Source: a virus
Lineage: Duplodnaviria > Caudoviricetes
Length of the DNA stretch: 41,293 bases
Reading direction: 5' to 3' (one strand)
IMG/VR virus record: IMGVR_UViG_3300037510_000361
Location: 1-41,293 of that record
In this document: in pieces, positions 34,928 to 41,293 of the stretch
Position numbering within the stretch: the stretch's first letter is position 1
Layout of the letters: each line of letters begins with the position of its first letter
Notes under the pieces: model-generated
Database searches by the model: none
Seen by the model: the letters and a program-made list of their open reading frames with translations, nothing else
What the model was told of the DNA's origin: nothing
Position numbers and translations under genes: made by a program

Positions 34928-35302
34928 TCAGATTTTGGAAAGTGATATGTCGTCTACAGGGAATGCCTGCACGCCCGGGATTATGATTTTCTCCTCCCAT
35001 CGGGCAGACACCGCGGTTTCTGTGAGTCGCCTTTGCAGAAGGTCAAACTCACCCGTGCTTCTGATGTGGTCGTAAAGCGCAGGCCAAGAGCTGACCTGAG
35101 GCTTTTGTTTCGTCTGAATGGTGGCTCGCATTTTGCGTCCACCGATGCTTGAAATCTTTTCTGCTCTAATCTGCTCGATTATGCTCTGCTTGAGAGCTTT
35201 CTCTTCCTTTTCGAGCGCGTCTACTTGATGCTGTAGAGCTAAACGTTCTTCTCTCTTGCTGAAGTACGAATCGACAAGAATGCCGAGATGTTCTGGAGAC
35301 AT
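34928..35302 (-). CDS. Conserved phage hypothetical protein
   Basis: Coiled coil plus W..LY..I....FDLLQRRL......IPGV motif. Confidence 0.8.
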   Translation of the reverse strand: MSPEHLGILVDSYFSKREERLALQHQVDALEKEEKALKQSIIEQIRAEKISSIGGRKMRATIQTKQKPQVSSWPALYDHIRSTGEFDLLQRRLTETAVSARWEEKIIIPGVQAFPVDDISLSKI

Positions 35303-35329
35303 GAGGGACCTACCTTGGGAATGGTATTA

Positions 35330-35358
35330 AGTATAATGCAGATAGGCCCGTGGAGCAA
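35330..35358 (-). promoter_or_regulatory. Putative sigma70 promoter for replication genes
   Basis: TTGCTC-N17-TATACT. Confidence 0.65.
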
Positions 35359-35369
35359 GGGTTATTTGC

Positions 35370-35642
35370 TCAAGCCTCTACCTCGATCTTGACTGGATGG
35401 AATGTATCGAATCCATCCTCTGCAAGATCGTTGTCGTCTAGTTTCTCCCATCCTGGAGAATAGATTCCCCAATTTCTCTGTCCATTTATGGGAGAATCTA
35501 GTAGAACTGTAGCGTCCACTAATTTCGTGATATAACCCGGTTCTCTTGGAATAATAGTTCCAAGAACTCCGAGAGGGATATTCCAAACACCCCCGGGAGG
35601 ATGTGCCACCTTCCTCACTCGATCTCCCGGCTTTAGACTCAT
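35370..35642 (-). CDS. Hypothetical protein (KOW/SH3-like LKPGDRVR)
   Basis: AAGGAG SD, coupled to the upstream ORF. Confidence 0.7.
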   Translation of the reverse strand: MSLKPGDRVRKVAHPPGGVWNIPLGVLGTIIPREPGYITKLVDATVLLDSPINGQRNWGIYSPGWEKLDDNDLAEDGFDTFHPVKIEVEA

Positions 35643-35830
35643 AGGAGTGTAGTCTCCTTAGTAGGGCGAATCTTAACGCAGACGTAAGTCTGACCGTGGA
35701 ATTCAAAGTACCCTTTCCGTTCGCACCTCTCTTTGATCCGTTCAATTTCATTCAATCGGTCTAGAACTGCTAGACCGATACAAGAACAAAGAATCATAAG
35801 CCCCAGACTGAACAGTGCTACGAATTTCAT
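35639..35830 (-). CDS. Small membrane-anchored protein
   Basis: N-terminal TM and a C...C pair. Confidence 0.7.
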   Translation of the reverse strand: MKFVALFSLGLMILCSCIGLAVLDRLNEIERIKERCERKGYFEFHGQTYVCVKIRPTKETTLL

Positions 35831-36033
35831 TGCAGTAGCTCCTGGTAGAACTTCTCGCCGTGCTCCTTGATGATGCTTTCCTTCCGGCGCACGGTACCGA
35901 AAGTCTGCACTCTGGTGAACTTCTTGGCCGCGTTCACAGTCTTGTACTTCTCGAAGAAGACGAATCGACCTGTGTCGGAATTCCGAATGAGAACAAGGTC
36001 CCCATCGCGGATGTACTTTACTTCATCTTCCAT
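35827..36033 (-). CDS. Hypothetical protein
   Basis: AGGAG SD, coupled ORF. Confidence 0.7.
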   Translation of the reverse strand: MEDEVKYIRDGDLVLIRNSDTGRFVFFEKYKTVNAAKKFTRVQTFGTVRRKESIIKEHGEKFYQELLQ

Positions 36034-36340
36034 TTGTCTTCTCCTGTACCCATTCAATTTCGTTCACCTTTTCGATCCAGTCAGCCATTGACTCGATATC
36101 TGGATAGAACTTCACGAAAGCCTCAGTCGTTATGAACGCTCCCATCGTGATCATCAAATCGTCGGCGGAAACCTTTCCAGCTTTCACGTCCTTTACCAGA
36201 CTGAAGACTGCATGAGCTATGGCCAGATCAAAAGCCTTCTGAGACATCTCCTTGACGACAGTGAGATCGTTATTTCCATCTTCGCGAATTCCCTTGCGCA
36301 TCATGCGCGCAAGAGCATGCATTTGAGGTGATTCAATCAT
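36023..36340 (-). CDS. Hypothetical protein
   Basis: ATGA coupling with the upstream ORF. Confidence 0.7.
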   Translation of the reverse strand: MIESPQMHALARMMRKGIREDGNNDLTVVKEMSQKAFDLAIAHAVFSLVKDVKAGKVSADDLMITMGAFITTEAFVKFYPDIESMADWIEKVNEIEWVQEKTNGR

Positions 36341-37029
36341 CCCAACATCCTCTTAAGTTCGGCCAGTTTCTCAACCTTCGCGTGTACGCGCTGGACTACC
36401 TCCTCAATGACCCCAAGGGCGACCAGCGCTTGGTCTATTGCCTCAAGGTCCTGGTCTAGGGATGCATCGCCAGTGAGAGTTCCAATATTCACTTGACGAG
36501 CAGGCTCTGCTGGTGGTGGAGTGTCTGTTTTGCCGGCGCCCTTCTCTCCCCATCGGTACAAGCCACGGCCAACTCGGGTGACTTCTCCTTTGTTGACCAT
36601 TCCGCTGATGGCAGCCTGGACAGCGAGTTTGTTGGCGCTTGGAACTCTCGCCATCGCCACCATAGAGATTTCGTCAACCGTGTGGGTCTTGTCAGGGTTC
36701 TCCCGCAGGAACCGTCTGGCTGCTCCGGCCGCTGTGTGGTCCTGTATCCGTTGATCTATGGCTTTCGCCGCTTCAACTGCAGGATCCACTTCAGGCGTCT
36801 TATAGACGATGTTTGGTTTTTCAGGAACGTAGTTTTCCACAAATCCCTTCCTTTTTAAGTCTCTTAGGAGTTGTCTCCCTGCATTCACATCTGAGGGAGT
36901 AACAGAGACAGAGATGTATTCCTCCCCATTTGGAGAAATCAGCCTCGCGTGCTTTTTCCCTTGTTGGTATCTCCACCCGGCATTCTCAGCTTTCCGGATG
37001 ACTTGCTCAAAATCCTTGTTGTGAGCCAC
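36337..37029 (-). CDS. HicA-like domain fused to a winged-helix domain and coiled coil
   Basis: GW....GKKH.RL.SP.G...SVS.TPSD......LRDL HicA pattern; GEVTRVGRGLYRW wing motif; start uncertain. Confidence 0.7.
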   Translation of the reverse strand: MAHNKDFEQVIRKAENAGWRYQQGKKHARLISPNGEEYISVSVTPSDVNAGRQLLRDLKRKGFVENYVPEKPNIVYKTPEVDPAVEAAKAIDQRIQDHTAAGAARRFLRENPDKTHTVDEISMVAMARVPSANKLAVQAAISGMVNKGEVTRVGRGLYRWGEKGAGKTDTPPPAEPARQVNIGTLTGDASLDQDLEAIDQALVALGVIEEVVQRVHAKVEKLAELKRMLG

Positions 37030-37030
37030 A

Positions 37031-37312
37031 TCACTCTTCCCGATCTTCATCCTTGTCAGGATCGCGGGACGCAAGCTCGTCCATGAGAACGTTGATCGTA
37101 ATCTTCAGATTAGCGATCCTCTTGCGGATGTTCTCAATGTACTGCTCCGACATGTGCTTTCCCAAGTCGGCCAGAGTGTTCTCCAGTCCTTCCACTTGGT
37201 CGGAATGGTGCTTGATCTCATTAATCAAATGAGATGCCTCCATGTCCTGAAGGATGAACTCGTCACCCCGGTCGGACATGTAGGTCTTTGTTGTCTTGAC
37301 TCTGATGTTCAT
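37031..37312 (-). CDS. Hypothetical coiled-coil protein
   Basis: ATGA coupling with the upstream ORF. Confidence 0.7.
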   Translation of the reverse strand: MNIRVKTTKTYMSDRGDEFILQDMEASHLINEIKHHSDQVEGLENTLADLGKHMSEQYIENIRKRIANLKITINVLMDELASRDPDKDEDREE

Positions 37313-37503
37313 TTCACCACCGTGCATCGTTCAATTTCCACCTGTACAATCCCCTCGGGATAGTCGTCGTTGTCGTAGCAACCGTCGTCCATCTGGACCA
37401 TAACGGTTCCATCCTTGGTGCTGCCGATCACGACTCCCGTGGTACCCTCCAATCCTGCGTATGGATTGGCAATCAACTCAACGCATGTTCCAACTGGTAT
37501 CAT
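37309..37503 (-). CDS. Small KOW/SH3-like protein
   Basis: AAGGAGGT SD; VG..V......Y.G..G.V...V.V pattern. Confidence 0.7.
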   Translation of the reverse strand: MIPVGTCVELIANPYAGLEGTTGVVIGSTKDGTVMVQMDDGCYDNDDYPEGIVQVEIERCTVVK

Positions 37504-37504
37504 C

Positions 37505-37804
37505 CTACCTCCTTACCTTTATCTCCGCCCCTGCACGGACAATGCCCGTGAGGGCCGGGCCATAGAAGCCACTACCATTGGCTCCTTTCAAGTTGTACCC
37601 GACACCTGCCTCCAAGTACAGGTGCTCGCTGCGCCACACTGCGAGTGTGGATGCCTCAGTAACAGCATCCTCGGTGTATTTGTCAGAGCACGGCCAGCCC
37701 GCGAGGGGATGGGAAATGTGCTCAACCTCCACTTTGACGTGGGTCGGCAGCGCCGCACAGCCGGTCAGCAAGCTTACCGCGCACGCGAGAGCGATGGTTT
37801 TCAT
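37505..37804 (-). CDS. Early lipoprotein with amphipathic beta strands
   Basis: MKT...LLTGC lipobox; GAGGTG SD. Confidence 0.75.
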   Translation of the reverse strand: MKTIALACAVSLLTGCAALPTHVKVEVEHISHPLAGWPCSDKYTEDAVTEASTLAVWRSEHLYLEAGVGYNLKGANGSGFYGPALTGIVRAGAEIKVRR

Positions 37805-37974
37805 GTCTTCACCTCTATCTCAAAGTCGTAAAACACCGTTGCCCCGAGCTCTTGTATGGTTCGTGGTGGACCCCATGCATCCAACTCCTCCAGAATTGCC
37901 GTGTAGGCAGTGTCTGGTAGATTCTTTGGAATAGACACAGTCACACGAACCTTCAAGGTCCTCCCTTCGGACAT
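37801..37974 (-). CDS. Hypothetical 57-aa protein
   Basis: Manual translation MSEGRTLKVRVTVSIPKN...; GAGGAG SD, ATGA overlap with the next ORF. Confidence 0.6.
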   Translation of the reverse strand: MSEGRTLKVRVTVSIPKNLPDTAYTAILEELDAWGPPRTIQELGATVFYDFEIEVKT

Positions 37975-37976
37975 GT

Positions 37977-38165
37977 TTACGTCTCCTCGATTAAAAGGTC
38001 CTGCACGCGATCGGCGCAGCCCATGTAGTAGACAATGTTGTCTGCATCCAGCCGGGCCGTTGCGCCGAGGTGAATTGCAGTCTGGGTGAAGAACGCTACA
38101 GCCTTGATGGCCAGCAAGTCTTCCGGTGTGAGCTCTCTAGCGAGCTTAAGCTTTCTCGTGGACAT
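37977..38165 (-). CDS. Hypothetical early protein
   Basis: AGGAGG SD within the 22-bp repeat. Confidence 0.75.
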   Translation of the reverse strand: MSTRKLKLARELTPEDLLAIKAVAFFTQTAIHLGATARLDADNIVYYMGCADRVQDLLIEET

Positions 38166-38411
38166 TGTAAGTCCCTCCTAAAAGGCTATCGTAACTCCAG
38201 GGCCAATGTTCTCTGCATGGCCATCCATTAATGGAAGAACATGCTTAGCCACAAGAGATGTGAGTTGGCTGTGGGTGAGCTTAAGTCGCAAAGCCACGAG
38301 CTCTGCTTGCTCATTCTTTATAATCCACTTAGGAGCGCCAAGACTCCTAAGTTGGCGCAATCTGCGCTTACGGTCTTCTACACTGATTTTGGACATTGTA
38401 AGTCCCTCCTA
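38159..38411. repeat. 22-bp direct repeat TGGACATTGTAAGTCCCTCCTA (38159-38180 and 38390-38411)
   Basis: Identical SD-plus-start regions of two consecutive genes. Confidence 0.9.
38178..38396 (-). CDS. Hypothetical basic early protein
   Basis: AGGAGG SD; first gene after the early promoter. Confidence 0.75.
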   Translation of the reverse strand: MSKISVEDRKRRLRQLRSLGAPKWIIKNEQAELVALRLKLTHSQLTSLVAKHVLPLMDGHAENIGPGVTIAF

Positions 38412-38431
38412 CCTTGTTTATCTACATACCC

Positions 38432-38460
38432 AGTATAGCACTCCGCATAATCTTGCGTAA
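38432..38460 (-). promoter_or_regulatory. Putative early sigma70 promoter
   Basis: TTACGC-N17-TATACT with TG extension. Confidence 0.6.
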
Positions 38461-38638
38461 TGTCAATTGCTCCCGGGGTTGCGGAGGGGTACACTGGTAC
38501 CAACACTCGATCCGCTAAAAAGGAAGAGGGGAGCCCCGCTAGGAAACTCCCCTCTTCAAGATAGTCGGGCCGGTAGGTGGAAGCCCAACTAGCAACCATG
38601 ATAGCAATCTAAAACGCAGATTGCAAGCTGGAGCATCG

Positions 38639-40630
38639 ATGTCATCAGTGCCATTTCGCCGGTTTAAGATGCCGGGACTTGTTGCGACTCAATTCTTTCA
38701 AGCTACAAATGAACTGAACCAAGAGTTCATGTTATCAGATCTTAAGAGATCTGGTCTCGATCCAGAAGACTTAGAATCCTACGCTCCTTCTGGTCTACCT
38801 CTCCAAGAGGGAGCTCTGGCTGGATATGTAATCCCCTACTTCGACCTCAAAGGCAATCCTCTTACTACTGCTGGAGGGGAGCTTATCTTCTTCCGTAAGA
38901 GGATGAAGTACCCAGAGTTCTCCCGAGCACAGAGATACACACAGCCCTCGGCTGAGCAGAGTGCCAAGTACGGTCTTCCTCCGTTCCTACCATACATTCC
39001 ACCCAAGACATTGGAGATACAAGGTGATACACTCATCTGTTGCGAGGGAGAAAAGAAGACAGTTTCCGTCATCAAATACCTCGGACTTCCCGCGTTTGGC
39101 ATCGGTGGTGCTCAGATGTGGAGAGATCCAAGTGGTAGTGGAGGCGTCCATCCATGGATTAGAGAACTCGCAGCTATCAGAGGCATCTCTAAGTTCCTTA
39201 TCATCCCAGATGGCGATGTACTTAGATACGATATATGCGCTGCATACGGAACTTTCGCGAACGCACTCGTGCAGAGCGGATACACAGTTGAGATTCTCAA
39301 CCCATCCGGTAAGATCGACGACCTCATCCAGACGTGGGGGCCGGAAGCTAGAAATCTGTTCTTTTCTCTACCCAAGATTAATCCGCTCGACCTCGTACAA
39401 AGCCCTTCTAGTCTCATCACACGGTACAATCTCGCTTTCAAGCAGAATGAAAAGGGGGTAAAGACTCTATATCAGCACTCCTCAAATGTTACGAAGCTGA
39501 TGCAAGAGCACTCTGCATTCCCCAAGATATGGAGAAATCTAGACACGAACCGGGTTATGATCGGCTCTGAGGAGGCCGTTCCTGATCATACAGAAATGCA
39601 GATAGCAAATTATTTCCAACATCACCTTGGAATGGACAAGGTCAATAAGAACGAAGTGCTGAAAGTCATCCAGTATCTGGCTAGAGAAAACGAGCGCAGC
39701 CCGTTCCTAGAGTATATTAAGAACCTACAATGGGATGGCGTACCTCGCCTTGAGGACTGGATGATTCGCCATTGGGGAGTATCTGACGGTGCCTTCGCTC
39801 GTGAAGTAGCGAAGAAATGGCTCATTTCTGCCTGTGCGCGTATGGCGAAGCCTGGAACTAAGATAGATTGGATGCTAATTGTCATTGGACCTCAAGGTAC
39901 TGGCAAGACCTCTATGCCAGCAATTCTATTCAAAGGAAACTACACACCGATATATGGGGATCACAGCGATAAGGACTTCCATCTTCTCCTACACTCACGG
40001 CTCTGCACAGGAATTGACGAGCTCGATTCGTTCGGAAAGAAGGAGACAAGTACACTCAAAGCGCTCATAACTCGAAATGAAGATGCCTTCAGACCTCCTT
40101 ACGGAGCAAGTGTTGAAAATTTCCCCCGACGGTTCACACTGTACGGGTGCGGAAATAGACATGAATTTCTACAACACGACCCCTCGGGGTATAGGAGATA
40201 TGCCATTCTGGAAGTGGATCGACTACTTGATTTCGCAGGGTTGGAAATGGAGGTTGACCAGTTATGGGCGGAAGCATGGGCCGAATACTCAAGAGGAGGA
40301 GTACGATACTGGGAAATTGAGGGAGCTTCAGACAATGCCGAGAACTTCGTAATCGCTAACCCAATGGAGGAAGCTATTGAACAGTGGCTCTATTCAAAAA
40401 TCGACGATAAAATTGGTGACGGACTCATAGATGGAGAGATATGGTTTACGATTCAAATGCTTTTGGGACACCTGGATATGGGGAAGATTGGTCCGAACTC
40501 TAGCGTGATGCGAGATATCCAAGGCATCCTTCATTCAAAAGGAGTAGAGAAAACGGCGAAATCGATACGTCATCCGAAAAATGGGAAAGTAGGAAAGTGG
40601 ATGAAATGGAAGCCTGTAACTGATGTGTAA
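38639..40630 (+). CDS. Primase (DUF3854/TOPRIM-like) - VapE/VirE helicase fusion
   Basis: IPYFD..G, RY.QP, CEGEKK, D.D; WDG..RL, KPG.K.D, GPQGTGKTS Walker A, R.PYG, G.RRY; start uncertain. Confidence 0.9.
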   Translation: MSSVPFRRFKMPGLVATQFFQATNELNQEFMLSDLKRSGLDPEDLESYAPSGLPLQEGALAGYVIPYFDLKGNPLTTAGGELIFFRKRMKYPEFSRAQRYTQPSAEQSAKYGLPPFLPYIPPKTLEIQGDTLICCEGEKKTVSVIKYLGLPAFGIGGAQMWRDPSGSGGVHPWIRELAAIRGISKFLIIPDGDVLRYDICAAYGTFANALVQSGYTVEILNPSGKIDDLIQTWGPEARNLFFSLPKINPLDLVQSPSSLITRYNLAFKQNEKGVKTLYQHSSNVTKLMQEHSAFPKIWRNLDTNRVMIGSEEAVPDHTEMQIANYFQHHLGMDKVNKNEVLKVIQYLARENERSPFLEYIKNLQWDGVPRLEDWMIRHWGVSDGAFAREVAKKWLISACARMAKPGTKIDWMLIVIGPQGTGKTSMPAILFKGNYTPIYGDHSDKDFHLLLHSRLCTGIDELDSFGKKETSTLKALITRNEDAFRPPYGASVENFPRRFTLYGCGNRHEFLQHDPSGYRRYAILEVDRLLDFAGLEMEVDQLWAEAWAEYSRGGVRYWEIEGASDNAENFVIANPMEEAIEQWLYSKIDDKIGDGLIDGEIWFTIQMLLGHLDMGKIGPNSSVMRDIQGILHSKGVEKTAKSIRHPKNGKVGKWMKWKPVTDV

Positions 40631-40789
40631 CTGATTGTAACCAAATTGGTTACGCTCAAGTGCTTGAATTTAAAGGGGTCATTCGTGTTGTAACTAATGT
40701 AACCAATAAATCGAATACAGTATGCGTAAGAGTGAGTAGAAAATTTGGGGGAGCATAAAACATTGGTTACATCAGTTACGTTGGTTACA
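40614..40789. other. Putative replication origin with GTAAC iterons
   Basis: Five GTAAC and four GTTAC copies in direct and inverted arrangement in AT-rich DNA at the primase-helicase 3' end. Confidence 0.7.
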
Positions 40790-41058
40790 AAGCTCCTCTC
40801 GAATGGCCCCCTTGACGCTTGAGCGATGCTCGAAACCCTCGAAATTGAGCGTTGTGGGGAGCTCCACGCGAAATATTCCACTTTTAGTTCCGATCCTTCA
40901 TATTCCATCCAAGAGTCAACGAACCGAGATTCCACGGACTCATATGAGGGGACACCTTATACATCCGCGCGAGTGCGCGCCCGCGCGTATACCACAACGC
41001 AGGCCCGAATGCAAGCAATCCAACATTAAGAATTTGTAATGTTCACGGCCTTGCGGAA

Positions 41059-41067
41059 TGCTATAGT
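41059..41067 (+). promoter_or_regulatory. Extended -10 promoter for the gene starting at 44/41111
   Basis: TGCTATAGT about 43 nt upstream of the ATG. Confidence 0.5.
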
Positions 41068-41293
41068 GTCTGCACTGGGAATTTCCCCGGTACTATGAAA
41101 GGTGAAACACATGGCTACGACAAATACTGCCCAGACCAAGAATGCCCCGAAGGCTGCTGCCCAGACCGCCGCTGCTCCGGCAGCCGAATCCAAGCCCCTG
41201 CGCCTGCAGGTGGTAAAAAGGGACCTGAAGTTCAAGGGCGCGCGGCAGGCATGGTACGAGCGCCTGATTGCTGCCGACGGCAAGGAACAGAGC
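41068..41293. repeat. Terminal direct repeat / circular overlap, right copy (variant allele)
   Basis: Matches 1-226 with 9 substitutions, all after position 127. Confidence 0.95.

Noticed and set aside
1-41293. Integrase/repressor, RNA polymerase, tRNA genes, alternative genetic code
   Set aside because: None recognisable; genes are intact in code 11 and use all three stop codons.

Overview
The window is an essentially complete, circularly permuted ~41.07 kb genome of a dsDNA tailed phage with podovirus-type morphogenesis genes. Bases 1-226 recur at 41068-41293, but imperfectly. No integrase, repressor or RNA polymerase is recognisable, so it is probably lytic and uses host sigma70-type promoters. 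Lipoproteins and a spanin-like lysis cassette suggest a Gram-negative host. The + strand late arm (2887-24239) runs terminase, portal, scaffold, capsid, decoration protein, an inserted glycosylation pair (Maf/sialyltransferase-like-methyltransferase fusion plus a GT8-like enzyme), tail and ejection proteins, tail fibre and lysis genes. The - strand arm (24566-38396) carries small early genes, a family A DNA polymerase, PD-(D/E)XK and VRR-NUC nucleases, an SNF2 helicase and a thymidine-modification cluster. That cluster holds a GT-B glycosyltransferase, an aGPT-Pplase1/5-hmdU DNA kinase-like protein, a dUMP hydroxymethylase, a HAD phosphatase and DUF3310, with no recognisable amino acid:DNA transferase. 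A primase-VapE helicase (+) is followed by an iteron-rich origin. Best leads: (1) a putative glycosylated (phospho)hydroxymethyluracil DNA pathway, (2) a putative virion glycosylation module, (3) two highly structured non-coding segments with pseudoknot potential at 24386-24560 and 24830-24940, (4) a pair of separately transcribed paralogous basic proteins. All product calls come from motif recognition by eye; no searches were run.
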